Shown piece by piece: positions 27,630 to 37,580 of a DNA stretch of 64,000 bases. Below the pieces are notes generated by a model, which was given only the letters and a program-made list of their open reading frames with translations, had not been told where the DNA came from and made no database searches. Every line of letters starts with the position of its first letter. Position 1 is the first letter of the stretch. Source of the stretch: an uncultured bacterium (GTDB taxonomy: Bacteria > Patescibacteriota > Minisyncoccia > UBA6257 > 2-01-FULL-56-20); assembly GCA_963718575.1 (NCBI GenBank), contig OY970358.1, positions 514,172-578,171 of the forward strand, given 5' to 3'. The position numbers and the translations under genes were made by a program.

Positions 27630-28742
27630 ATGAAATTTATTGCGATTAGGGTGAATATTAAAGATGCAATTTCGGCGATTGAGAAAGCGGTTGGAGAAAA
27701 CACCAACCTGCCGATATTAAAAAACATCCTCATTGAGGCGGAGAATAACACCATCACATTTACCGCGACCAATCTTGAGATCGCGATAACACACCGCGTT
27801 GCGGGAAAGGTGATTGAGGATGGAAAAATAACCGTGCCACTCGCGCTTTTCTCCAGCCTTATCGGGAATATTCAAAGCGATCGGTTGAATTTTGAAAAGA
27901 AAGAAAATAATCTTGAGATCGCGACGGATAACTACAGCGCGGTGATCAATGGGATGTCACCGGAAGATTTCCCCATCACCCCAAAGATAAAAAATACCGA
28001 GAACTATATCGAGATCAAGAGTGTGTTCCTCCGGGAAGCGATCCAGCAAGTCACTGTCGCCTCACAATATTCCGATCTGCGGCCGGAGTTGAATAGTGTT
28101 TTATTTAATTTTTCAATCGAGAGCTTGATTCTCGCGTCCACTGATGGATTTCGCCTCGCGGAGCGATCCATCCCTTCAAATATGTTTGTGACAAAAAAGA
28201 AAGAGACCTTCAAAATGCTCGTTCCGTTGCGCACGAGTTTGGAGGTTTCGCGCATTATGCGTGATGACGAAGTGGTACGCATCTACCAAGATGACAACCA
28301 AGTGCTCTTTAAGAGCGACCAGACGGAGATGATCTCCCGGTTGGTGGAAGGGAGCTTCCCGGATTATTCCGCCATCGTGCCGCGCGAATTTGCGGCAGAG
28401 ATCGTGGTGGAGAAGGATGAGTTTTTGAATGCGATAAAACTCGCCGGCGTGTTTGGGCAGAAAAACAGCGAGGTAAAGATCAAGATCCATCAAAACAAGA
28501 AGGCGATCGAGATCAGCTCTGCTGACCAGGCGCTTGGCGAGAACAACAATATCCTCCCGGCAAAGATTACCGGCGATATTCCCGAAGTATTTTTCAACTG
28601 GCGCTATCTATCCGATCCGCTAAAGAGCATTAAGGCCGCGGATTTATTCATTGGCTTACAGGAAGATGCGGGGCCGGCGCTTATCCGCGCAGTGAGTGAC
28701 ACATCGTATTTCTACGTTTTGAGGCCGATCTTAAAGTCCTAG
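27630..28742 (+). CDS. dnaN: DNA polymerase III beta sliding clamp
   Basis: Three-domain beta-clamp pattern. 370 aa immediately downstream of dnaA. Confidence 0.88.
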   Translation: MKFIAIRVNIKDAISAIEKAVGENTNLPILKNILIEAENNTITFTATNLEIAITHRVAGKVIEDGKITVPLALFSSLIGNIQSDRLNFEKKENNLEIATDNYSAVINGMSPEDFPITPKIKNTENYIEIKSVFLREAIQQVTVASQYSDLRPELNSVLFNFSIESLILASTDGFRLAERSIPSNMFVTKKKETFKMLVPLRTSLEVSRIMRDDEVVRIYQDDNQVLFKSDQTEMISRLVEGSFPDYSAIVPREFAAEIVVEKDEFLNAIKLAGVFGQKNSEVKIKIHQNKKAIEISSADQALGENNNILPAKITGDIPEVFFNWRYLSDPLKSIKAADLFIGLQEDAGPALIRAVSDTSYFYVLRPILKS

Positions 28743-28748
28743 CTTTTA

Positions 28749-30892
28749 CTAACTCCCGTATCCATTCGCCTGCGCCCAGTTTTCCACACCCGTTTCCCAA
28801 TTGTTATATTCAGGGTCTGTTGCCGGGTTTGTGGGATCTGGCCCGGTCGGATCGCTTTTATCAACATAGTAGAGGATGTTGTGGACTTGCCCGTTGATGA
28901 CGTATTGCCCCGTGAGGACTGGCTTTGTGGCGGTCGTCGGGGCGGGCGGCGTGAAGGTTGTGTTTGGCACTTCGGGCAGCGCTTGCGTCATGAACGCGTT
29001 CCACATCGGAACCGCCGCCAAAATACTTGAACCCGCTTTTTGCATCGGTGCGTCGTTATTGTTTCCTGCCCAGACGCCGACGACGATCGACGGCGTGTAT
29101 CCCATCGCCCACGCATCGGTGTAGTTGTTCGATGTTCCGGTCTTGAGCGCCACGTCATAACCGGGGAAGACGGTGAGGCCCTGGCTTCCGCCCATAAGTG
29201 GCGCCCGCGCCGCGGCGTCGGATAAAATATCATTGATGAGATTGACCGACTGCGCGTCCGCGACCTGGGTTGTTTGATCCTGATATGATTCCAGCGTGTT
29301 GCCATTCGCGTCGGTCACGGAGAGCACCATCGTCTGCGCGTGTTTCACGCCTTGATCGGCAAGCACAGAATATGCTTCGGTGAGATCGATAAGGTGTACT
29401 GCGCCGCCGCCGAGGACGAGTGAGAGGCCGTACTGCGCCGGGTCGGTGAGTGTGGTGAGGCCGAAGTTGTATGCGTTCTGGATCGCGTTGTGTCTCGCCC
29501 ACAAGGTAAAGCGCTTTTACCGCCGGCACGTTCACGGACTGTGCCAGCGCGTCGCGGATGGTAAGCGGGCCTGCAAACGTACCCTCAAAGTCCTGTGGGT
29601 GGAAACAATTCTTATCGGTTGAATTGAAGTCAGGGACTGCCGGGCATTCGGCGTCAATGCTGAACTCCGTGGGAACATCGAATAATATCGTGTCCGGCGT
29701 GTAGCCCATTTGGAAGGCGGTCATATAGACGAATGGTTTGAGCGATGACCCCGGTTGGCGAAGGCCTTGCGTTGCCACGTCGAAGTTGCCGTCATTCGCG
29801 GTGTCGAAGTAATTTGCAGAGCCAACGAGAGCGAGAATCTGCCCCGTGGCGGGGTCTTGTACCACCATCGCGGCGTTCGTCGCTTGATAGAGTTGCTGTG
29901 TTGCGTGCGACGCCCGCAGTGACCGCGGCTTCTGCCTGTTGTTGCATCGTCCAGTTGAGCGTCGTGATCACCTTAAGGCCGCCGTTATCAACCTCATTCT
30001 CGCCATATTTCTGCACGAGATAATTTTCCACCGCCATCACGAAGTGCGGCGCGCGGATTCCCGAGCCGCTCGCGGTCTGTGGCTGAAAAACGATCTTAAA
30101 ATTCTGTGCTGCGGTGAGCTGGGCTTTTGTGATCTTGCCGGTGCTATACATCTGCTGGAGCACCAACTGCTGGCGTTGGAGCAGTTCATCTACGTGCGTG
30201 CCGTACGGGTAATAATACGTCGGCGCCTGCGGTAATGCGGCGAGCACCGCGCTCTGCGCGATGTTGAGCTGATCGACCGGCACGCCGAAGTAATCTTCGG
30301 CCGCCTCACCGACGCCCGAGATGTTCGGCCCGTAGGGAACCTCATTTAAATAAAGCGCCAAGATCTGATCTTTTGAATAATATTCATTAAGCTTGACCGC
30401 AAGGATGAACTCGCGGATCTTGCGCGAGAGCGTCTGGTTGAGCGTCAGGAATGCGGTGCGCGCGAGCTGTTGGGTGATCGTCGATCCGCCCTCCGCAAAG
30501 GAATGGGTGGTGATATCAACATAGAGCGCCCGGAAGATGCCTTTTATATCGAACGCCGGCTCATTATAAAAATTCTGGTCTTCGATGGCGATCGTGGCAT
30601 CCTTCACGCTCTGCGGAATCTGATCAAACGGCACGAGCGTCCGATGGTCGCCATTATCAACATCGTAAAGCAGTACGGTGCCCGTCCGGTCGTAGATCTT
30701 TGTGGACTGGCTGATCTGCTGGCTGCCGATCTCCTGGATAGACGGCACGGTCTTTGCAAAATAGAGCACCGCGATGAAAAGTGCGATCACGCATGCGGCG
30801 ATGACGACCCCCGTTATCTGGAGGATCTTTATATACTTCTTTTTCTTTCGCCCGGACTTCGACTGAGAATTATTTTTAAGGTCGTTGTTCAT
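28749..30892 (-). pseudogene. class A penicillin-binding protein (PBP1A-like transglycosylase/transpeptidase) interrupted by two frameshifts
   Basis: Three consecutive minus-strand ORFs in different frames carry, in order, the GT51 transglycosylase motifs (EDQNFYNE, GGSTITQQL) in 29792-30892, the transpeptidase SSLKP (SxxK) and SVN motifs in 29230-29868, and KTGT in 28749-29504. Either a pseudogene or indel errors. Confidence 0.7.
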
Positions 30893-30970
30893 AAAAACGT
30901 CTCTTTATTTTACCTCTTTTCACTTCTTTCTTGTATTCTCTCCCTCTTCTTATTCACGGAGAGATAAAAA

Positions 30971-31036
30971 ATACCCACCGCTGTTGAGCGAGTGGGCGTT
31001 CTTACGCCGGAGCGAGACAGCGGTGGGTATTTTTTA
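30971..31036. repeat. copy 2 of conserved hairpin-embedded element (outer stem atacccaccgctgt/acagcggtgggtat, 14 bp perfect; core TGAGCGAGTGGGCGTTCTTACGCCGGAGCGAGA) plus T-run; likely terminator downstream of ruvC
   Basis: Seen in sequence. Confidence 0.65.
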
Positions 31037-31267
31037 TTAAGCTATTCTAACGGCTCTGCGTCGTCTGTTCCGGCGTCGCCGGCATCGGGAGCATCATCGT
31101 CTTCGTCCTCGTCGGTGTCATCGAGGTCGGTGTCGGGGCTGCTGGTTTCAATCGGGTCTTTTTCCTCGTCGGTCAACCCTGCCCACTCGAACTTAAACGG
31201 AAATAATTCGGTTACCATAGTTACAAATAATTAAACGACCTTTTTTATTTTCAACCAGTATATTGTA

Positions 31268-31750
31268 TCACCGCGTCGTGTCAAGCAAGCGCTCGCCTGT
31301 GGATAAAATCGCGAGCGCAAGCGCATCGCTCGCGTCGTCAATCACCGCAAGGTCGGGCTTATTAAGGATGAGGCGCACCATCTTAAGCACCGCTTTCTTA
31401 TCCGCAAAGCCGTATCCCGCCACGCCGGACTTCACTTCGTTCGGAGTGTACTCCTTTATACGAACACCACGCTCTTTTGTTGCAAGGAGGATGACGCCGC
31501 GCGCCTGCGCCACGGCGAGCGCGGTCTTGGTGTTCTTGGCAAAAAAGAGCTTTTCGATGGCCATCACATCCGGCTTGTGCTTTTTGATGAGCGCATCCAC
31601 GCCCTTTTTTGTTTCCTCAAGCGCCGACACGTCATCCGCTGTTTTTATTTCCAGGATCCCTGCCGCGACGAGCGTGAGCGCCGACCCGTCGCATTTCACG
31701 ACGCCATATCCTATTCTCCGACTCCCCGGGTCGATACCGAGCGCGATCAT
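31268..31750 (-). CDS. ruvC: crossover junction endodeoxyribonuclease RuvC
   Basis: MIALGIDPGSRRIGYGVV... N-terminus with the catalytic Asp, and a conserved C-terminal DDA(S)DALA motif. The start is an internal Met of track ORF 31268-31951. Confidence 0.9.
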   Translation of the reverse strand: MIALGIDPGSRRIGYGVVKCDGSALTLVAAGILEIKTADDVSALEETKKGVDALIKKHKPDVMAIEKLFFAKNTKTALAVAQARGVILLATKERGVRIKEYTPNEVKSGVAGYGFADKKAVLKMVRLILNKPDLAVIDDASDALALAILSTGERLLDTTR

Positions 31751-31760
31751 GAAAGTATCA

Positions 31761-32303
31761 TTAAAAGTTAATATTTGTGTAGACGTTTTGGACGTCGTCG
31801 TTGTCCTCGAGCGCTTCAAGTAAATCCACAAGCTTTTCTTTTTCGGCATCCTCCGCGATATCCTGCGGAAATTTCGCATTCCAATCGCGTTCTTCTCCCT
31901 CTGATAACGCAAAGGCCCACTGCACACTTCCGGACTCCGCCCACTTGCCATTATGATCCCGCAGAATCGTTTTTATTTCCTGCACGGTGCGATTACGGTT
32001 ATCGCTTACGGCGGTGATGATGATCGCCGCGCCGGCCGGGCCATATGCTTCGTATAATAATTCCTCGAGCTTTTCCGATGGATCCGATGCGCGCTTGATC
32101 GCGCGGTCGATCGTGTCCGCCGGCACGCCGGCCTCGCGCGCTTTTGACACCACGGTGCGGAGCCGGGGATTGAAGTCCGGGTTCGGCTCGCCGTGCGCCG
32201 CCGCCGAGATCAGTTTGAGCGACTTCGAAAATATCTTCGCCCGCTTCTTGTCGGTGATCTCTTTTTTATGTTTTATTCCCGCCCAGTGTGAATGTCCTGA
32301 CAT
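31761..32303 (-). CDS. YebC/PmpR-family probable transcriptional regulator
   Basis: N-terminus MSGHSHWAGIKHKKEITDKKRAKIF is the YebC hallmark. Conserved adjacency to ruvC. Shorter (180 aa) than typical. Confidence 0.85.
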   Translation of the reverse strand: MSGHSHWAGIKHKKEITDKKRAKIFSKSLKLISAAAHGEPNPDFNPRLRTVVSKAREAGVPADTIDRAIKRASDPSEKLEELLYEAYGPAGAAIIITAVSDNRNRTVQEIKTILRDHNGKWAESGSVQWAFALSEGEERDWNAKFPQDIAEDAEKEKLVDLLEALEDNDDVQNVYTNINF

Positions 32304-32412
32304 AGTGGTATTCTCACGAGCATTATATCGCCGCGCCCGGGCAAAAAAAAGCCCGCAGGATCCGGCAAAGACCATGCGGGCAAAGTGGAACGGGAGAAAA
32401 GGAATGCAACAC

Positions 32413-33252
32413 TTAATCTGTCGGTGAATCGGTGGGCGCGGGCGCGGGAGTCATTGTCGGACTTCCCGGCTTTACCGATGAAGCATTGGTGGACAGCTGC
32501 CCCTCTTTGCGTTCTTGATCGAAGCTCAGCGCGACATGCGTCACGTGTCCTGGTTGAACCGCGACCTTCATGGTGATCTGGCCACCTTTTATTTTTGCGG
32601 TGACCTCGTAGTCGCCGGGATCGAGATGTAATACCTCTCCCGAGATTCCAGAAAAGTTCTTTACCCGGCCATGTGTCGCGTCACGTCCATTCAAAAGGAC
32701 ATTTCCATTCTCTACCTCTTTCAGGTCCTTTTTAGGGATCTGGTCGAGGTCGAATTTAATGCCCGATAGATTGGCCGGCTCTCCAATGGCAAATTGGTAT
32801 CCGTATCCAAGCGATCCGTAATACCAAACCCCCGGATAAAATCCCCATGAGTAATACCATCCGGGCCCGTACCATATCCCCCAAAGGAGTCCGCCTGGCC
32901 ACCATCCACGCTGGTGAAATGCTCCAGCGGCAATTTCGGCGTTTCGGAATCCGCCAATGGATTCACTGCGAACAACTTCCCTTGAAGTAAAGGCGCTGTG
33001 ATTGGTATTGAAGCGTTGTTGGATGTTCGTCGGTTGCGATCTGCGAGAGGCCGTTTCATTTCTCGGTTGGGAGTTATCACGCGGTGCGCGAACTGTGTTC
33101 GCGCTTCTCACACTAACGCCGCCGGTGCTCCGCGCTACACTACCCGACGACGATCCGCCACGCGAACCACCGCCACCGCGCTGCGCCTCTGCCGCGAACG
33201 GCAGAAGAGCGAGAGCCAATAAAGTGATTACCGCAAACATTCTGAGTTTCAT
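32413..33252 (-). CDS. secreted protein with signal peptide, Gly/Ser-rich and Trp/Tyr/Gly-rich segments, C-terminal beta-sandwich-like domain
   Basis: Signal peptide MKLRMFAVITLLALALLPFAAEA. Unusual aromatic-rich block (GWWPGGLLWGIWYGPGWYYSWGFYPGVWYYGSLGYGY). No family assigned. Confidence 0.5.
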   Translation of the reverse strand: MKLRMFAVITLLALALLPFAAEAQRGGGGSRGGSSSGSVARSTGGVSVRSANTVRAPRDNSQPRNETASRRSQPTNIQQRFNTNHSAFTSREVVRSESIGGFRNAEIAAGAFHQRGWWPGGLLWGIWYGPGWYYSWGFYPGVWYYGSLGYGYQFAIGEPANLSGIKFDLDQIPKKDLKEVENGNVLLNGRDATHGRVKNFSGISGEVLHLDPGDYEVTAKIKGGQITMKVAVQPGHVTHVALSFDQERKEGQLSTNASSVKPGSPTMTPAPAPTDSPTD

Positions 33253-33295
33253 GATTCCTCTTCTCCGCGCCGGTTTGGCGCTGCCATATTCAAAT

Positions 33296-33324
33296 TTGAC
33301 TGCATGGTTCTGCGCTCATTATAC
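33296..33324 (+). promoter_or_regulatory. sigma70-like promoter candidate for pilB (TTGACT-17nt-TTATAC)
   Basis: Seen in sequence about 90 nt upstream of the pilB start. Weak -10. Confidence 0.3.
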
Positions 33325-33412
33325 CACCAAACTGTGCAATATGTCAATAATTGTTAAAAATCCATTAAAATCGGCTTGAACGGCGGCTTTTTAAGGGGTA
33401 TCATCTATATAA

Positions 33413-35089
33413 ATGCTGGATGCACCTCAGAACGACCTAAAAGAGAAGCTCGCCAAACTACATCGCGATGGCGAAGAGCGGGCGGCAGAACGGCTTGCGG
33501 AGAAGCTCGGGCTTTCGTATGTGGACCTGGCGAAGATCCCCGTGTCGCTCGACGCGGTGCGTATTCTGCCCGAGGCCGAGGCAAGGGATGCGAAGGTCGG
33601 CGCGATCGAGGTGAAGGGGAATAAGGTGGCGCTCGCCGCGATCAACCCGGAACTCCCTGCCACAAAAAAAATCGTGGAAGGGTTAGTTGAGAAAAAATAT
33701 GAAGTGAAAGTGGTCGTCGTTTCGCCGGCGAGCATGGAAGCGGCATGGCATTTCTATCAGTTCATCAAGCCCGTGTCGGAATCGATCACGGGCGAGGTGG
33801 ATATAAAAAAGGCGCGGCTCGATGAATTAAAGGCGCGGCTCGTCACGCTCGACGCGGTGCATAAGGAGATCGCCGCGCTCCCGCTCGCGAACGTTTCCCC
33901 GGTGGCGCTCATCGAAATTATTTTAGCGGGCGCGATGGGATTGCGCGCGTCGGATATTCATACCGAGGCCGGAGAAAAAAAGGCTAAGATCCGTTTTCGC
34001 GTTGACGGGTTATTGCACGATATTTTCGATGACATTCCGCTCGAGACCTACCGCACGTTTGTGTCGCGCATAAAATTATTATCCGCGATGAAGCTGAATG
34101 TGCGCGATGCGGCGCAGGACGGCCGATTCACGATCGGGCTTGGCGATAAGGATATTGAGATGCGCGTATCGGTGATCCCGGCGGAGTTCGGCGAGACGAT
34201 CGTGATGCGTATCCTTGATCCATCGGCGACGATGGTGGGCTTGCCGGACCTCGGCTTGCGCGCAGACAATTTAGATATCGTAAAACGCCAGATCGCAAAA
34301 CCGAATGGGCTGATATTGAACACCGGCCCGACCGGTTCCGGAAAGACGACCACACTCTACGCATTCCTGCGCACGATGAATGATCCGACGATGAAGATCA
34401 TCACGCTTGAGGACCCGATCGAGTATCGCATTGATGGTGTGGAACAGACGCAGGTGGACGAGGAATCGGGCTACACGTTTGCGAACGGCCTGCGCGCGAT
34501 CGTGCGGCAGGATCCGGACGTTATTCTTGTGGGCGAGGTGCGCGATCTTGAGACGGCGGACATCGCGCTGCAAGCGGCGCTCACCGGGCATTTGGTGTTA
34601 TCCACGTTGCACACAAACGATGCGGTCGGCGCGGTGCCGCGTTTGATCAATCTTGGCGTGAAAGCGGTGAGCATCGGCCCGGCGCTCTCGCTTGCGATCG
34701 CGCAACGCCTGGTGCGTGTATTGTGTAAGGAATGCAAAAAGGTCGCCGACGTGGACGCCGCGACCGCGGAGAAGATCAAAAATTTCTTAAGCAAGCTGCC
34801 CGCAAAGGTTGATAAGAAGCCCTACGATGGCTACAAGATCTACGCGCCGGTGGGTTGCGATAAATGCAACGGCATCGGATATAAAGGTCGCGTGGGCGTG
34901 TTTGAATTTTTAGAAGGCGGCCCGGATTTAGAGAAAACAATTTTGCACGAAGCATCGGAGCTCGCTCTGCGCGAAGTGGCTCAGCGTCAGGAGATGGTCA
35001 CGATGCAGCAGGATGGAATATTGAAAGTGCTTGAGGGAAAGACGACGTTCGATGAAGTGGCGAGCGCGACGGGGGAGTTGGTGTGGTGA
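33413..35089 (+). CDS. pilB: type IV pilus assembly / type II secretion ATPase (GspE/PilB family)
   Basis: Walker A GPTGSGKTTT, Asp box, His box, a Walker B region (ILVGEVRD), and a C-terminal tetracysteine motif (C..C...CDKCNGIGY). N-terminal GSPII_E-like domain. 558 aa. Confidence 0.85.
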   Translation: MLDAPQNDLKEKLAKLHRDGEERAAERLAEKLGLSYVDLAKIPVSLDAVRILPEAEARDAKVGAIEVKGNKVALAAINPELPATKKIVEGLVEKKYEVKVVVVSPASMEAAWHFYQFIKPVSESITGEVDIKKARLDELKARLVTLDAVHKEIAALPLANVSPVALIEIILAGAMGLRASDIHTEAGEKKAKIRFRVDGLLHDIFDDIPLETYRTFVSRIKLLSAMKLNVRDAAQDGRFTIGLGDKDIEMRVSVIPAEFGETIVMRILDPSATMVGLPDLGLRADNLDIVKRQIAKPNGLILNTGPTGSGKTTTLYAFLRTMNDPTMKIITLEDPIEYRIDGVEQTQVDEESGYTFANGLRAIVRQDPDVILVGEVRDLETADIALQAALTGHLVLSTLHTNDAVGAVPRLINLGVKAVSIGPALSLAIAQRLVRVLCKECKKVADVDAATAEKIKNFLSKLPAKVDKKPYDGYKIYAPVGCDKCNGIGYKGRVGVFEFLEGGPDLEKTILHEASELALREVAQRQEMVTMQQDGILKVLEGKTTFDEVASATGELVW

Positions 35090-35106
35090 GTAAGACAGTT
35101 TTATTA

Positions 35107-35137
35107 GAAAAAAGAAACCGACCAGCGATGGTCGGTC
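35107..35137. terminator. hairpin (aaccgacc agcgat ggtcggt) flanked by an A-run upstream and a T-rich stretch downstream; candidate bidirectional terminator
   Basis: Seen in sequence between convergent pilB and small gene A. Confidence 0.4.
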
Positions 35138-35165
35138 ATTAAAATTGATTTTGGGCATCGGTCCG

Positions 35166-35498
35166 TCACCTGCCGCCGGTGGCTCTGTCTATCATTTCCA
35201 CCCGGCCTTCCTGCGTCCCCTTCGCTAATCCCATCTTATAGATGCCGCTAAACATCAACTCAAGCGTGGTTTGAATACTATCTCCATCGGTATCGCTGAC
35301 AGCGACAAGGGCCTCAAGCGCTGATATCCCTAATTCGCACCCCTCCGGCGAGACGAAATCAAAGGAATCGATAACAACCTCGTTATTCGTTGCGTAGGCT
35401 TTTACTCTACGCGCGAACGTAGCGGGATCGTTTGGAAATATATTGGCATAAATTTCCGCAGGACAGGTGTTGTCGTTGCGGATAAATGCGATTTTCAT
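35166..35498 (-). CDS. small hypothetical protein, paralog A of a tandem pair
   Basis: About 110 aa. Shares the core IY.A.I...TF..R.....V..FD with the neighbouring ORF 35670-36047, and a conserved ~45-nt 5' leader. Start uncertain (Met10 or Met14 of the track ORF). Confidence 0.45.
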   Translation of the reverse strand: MKIAFIRNDNTCPAEIYANIFPNDPATFARRVKAYATNNEVVIDSFDFVSPEGCELGISALEALVAVSDTDGDSIQTTLELMFSGIYKMGLAKGTQEGRVEMIDRATGGR

Positions 35499-35669
35499 CA
35501 CAGCCCCCATTTCCCTGCTTGCCAGTTTCTGGTTCAAGACTTATTGGAAATTTTGAAGAACTATCGGGATTGCTCCCACTAAAAAATTCTCGTTTGAAAA
35601 TACTTTAGTGAAAGCCCAACCGAGGTTGGGCACCTGCATTGCAGGATTTAATGACCGTTTTTCGGCTGG

Positions 35670-36047
35670 TCAGACCGCCGCATTGGAAGTTGTTGCCTGC
35701 CTTCTCATCGCTTCACTAAAGCCCGCGATGTAGAATGTAGCCAACAATTCCTGCCACGCTCGAGGGTCACTCTTTTGGAGTTTCTCGAAAAGAGTAGCGG
35801 GGCATTGATCTTTGGAGGCGGCGTGACGGATGGTGGGCATATCAAACATACCCACAAGCTGCTCGCCGTTTCCGCAATCCACGTAGCGGTTAAAGAAGGT
35901 GTTGCTGGCGTCTTCGCGAGATGTCCCCTCGGCAATACCTGCCCAGTAGATAGGCGGAGCTTCCTCATCTTCGTGATCGCATTCCGGATCCATGTGCTGG
36001 CACGGACACAAAGACGGCTGCGCTATCACTCCCAGAAAAAATGTCAT
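35670..36047 (-). CDS. small hypothetical protein, paralog B of a tandem pair (Cys/His-rich N-terminus)
   Basis: 125 aa. N-terminal CPCQHMDPECDHEDEE. Central region homologous to paralog A. Same conserved leader upstream. Confidence 0.45.
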   Translation of the reverse strand: MTFFLGVIAQPSLCPCQHMDPECDHEDEEAPPIYWAGIAEGTSREDASNTFFNRYVDCGNGEQLVGMFDMPTIRHAASKDQCPATLFEKLQKSDPRAWQELLATFYIAGFSEAMRRQATTSNAAV

Positions 36048-36411
36048 AACTGGCTCCCGCTTCCATACCTGCCTTTTGGGTCAGGGTTTATTGGAATTTA
36101 GAAAATTAAAGGTGCGGAGCCCACTCAAACGTAGTAGACTCAGACCTGGGGGCAATTCCTCGCGAAAGGATAATGATCTCTTCTATCTAATGATAAAAGA
36201 GGCTAGAATTACTCAAAGGAGTGGACCAGCCGAAACCGGTACATCCTGTAGTTTTTAGAAATAACTCCCGCCCCCAGATCTGAATCAGCTACTTTTAAGG
36301 AACTTCGGTCAACTTGCCAACAGCCCTTATTTATTGGGCACTGGGATATGTTAGCATATAGAATATTATTTGTCAAGTCCCACCTTATCCCCACGTAATT
36401 CACATCCGACT

Positions 36412-37434
36412 ATGCCAAAAACACCCCCGACAACCAACAACGCCAACGGCTCTGGCAATAAAGAGGACCCGAATATCGATCTCACCCTCCGACCTACCGA
36501 GTGGGATGAATACATTGGTCAGGAAAAAATAAAAGATAATTTGAAGACTATTTTGAGCGCCGCGAAAAAGCGTGGCGAGTCCGCTGACCATCTTTTATTT
36601 TCCGGCCCGGCAGGTCTTGGGAAAACAACACTCGCGTATCTCGTCGCGCGAGAGCTTGGCGGGTTGATAAAAACGACCTCCGGCCCGGCGCTTGAAAAGG
36701 CAGGCGACCTCGCCGCAGTGCTCACCAATTTAACGCCCGGCGAAATTTTATTTATCGATGAGGCACACCGCATTAATCCGATGATCGAAGAAGTGTTGTA
36801 TCCGGCGATGGAGGCGCGCAAGCTGCACCTTGTCGTTGGCAAAGGGCCGTCGGCGCGGACGCTCTCGCTCGATCTGCCGCCGTTCACGCTGATCGCGGCG
36901 ACGACTCGGGAGAATTTACTTTCGCAACCGTTGCGCTCGCGCTTTGGCGCGACGCTGCGTCTTGGCTATTACACGCCGGATGATATTAAAAGCATCTTAA
37001 AACGCTCGGCGGCGATATTGGGCGTGGAAGCAAAGCCGGAGGCAATCGATATTCTCGCGCGCGCGTCGCGCGGGACGCCGCGCGTGGCAAACCGTCTGCT
37101 CCGCCGCGCGCGCGATTTTGCGGAAGTGCACGGCGAGAGCGTGATCGACGAGGACGCGGCGCGGAAGACGCTCGCGATGCTCGAGATCGATGAGGTGGGT
37201 CTTGAGCCGCAAGACCGCGAGCTTCTTATGACAATCATCGAGAAGTTTCACGGCGGACCCGTCGGCATCAACACCATCGCCGCCGCGCTTGCGCAGGACC
37301 GCGGCGCGATCGAAGACATCTATGAGCCGTATCTGATGACGCTCGGGTTTTTACAGCGCTCTTCTGCGGGGCGGATTGTTCTGCCTGCGGCGTATCGGCA
37401 TCTGAAGATAAAAGGATACGAGGAGTTGTTGTAG
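36412..37434 (+). CDS. ruvB: Holliday junction branch migration helicase RuvB
   Basis: Walker A GPAGLGKTTLA, Walker B ILFIDEAHR, sensor and arginine-finger regions, and a C-terminal winged helix. The start is the internal Met MPKTPP of track ORF 36370-37434. Confidence 0.93.
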   Translation: MPKTPPTTNNANGSGNKEDPNIDLTLRPTEWDEYIGQEKIKDNLKTILSAAKKRGESADHLLFSGPAGLGKTTLAYLVARELGGLIKTTSGPALEKAGDLAAVLTNLTPGEILFIDEAHRINPMIEEVLYPAMEARKLHLVVGKGPSARTLSLDLPPFTLIAATTRENLLSQPLRSRFGATLRLGYYTPDDIKSILKRSAAILGVEAKPEAIDILARASRGTPRVANRLLRRARDFAEVHGESVIDEDAARKTLAMLEIDEVGLEPQDRELLMTIIEKFHGGPVGINTIAAALAQDRGAIEDIYEPYLMTLGFLQRSSAGRIVLPAAYRHLKIKGYEELL

Positions 37435-37464
37435 TCGTATTAAAAAATCATTAAATTATTTTTG

Positions 37465-37552
37465 CATTTTCCTTCGGCTCGTGTAACATAAAAATATGCT
37501 TGTGGGCGAAAGCCCCTTTCAGCTAAGGGACGCCTAAAGCCGAAGACAAGCA
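37465..37552 (+). ncRNA. candidate structured small RNA or 3'UTR element downstream of ruvB
   Basis: Seen in sequence: GNRA hairpin gggcGAAAgccc, hairpin ccctt-tcagct-aaggg, and crossing helices ccttcggct/agccgaag and gcttgt/acaagc. These sit immediately 5' of a strong terminator. No family assigned. Confidence 0.25.
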
Positions 37553-37580
37553 CAACAAAAACGCCGCCCTCGGGCGGTGT
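37543..37580. terminator. strong bidirectional Rho-independent terminator (gccgccc tcgg gggcggt flanked by aacaaaaac / gtttttgtt)
   Basis: Seen in sequence. 7-bp GC stem extended by a complementary A/T-run on each side. Confidence 0.65.
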
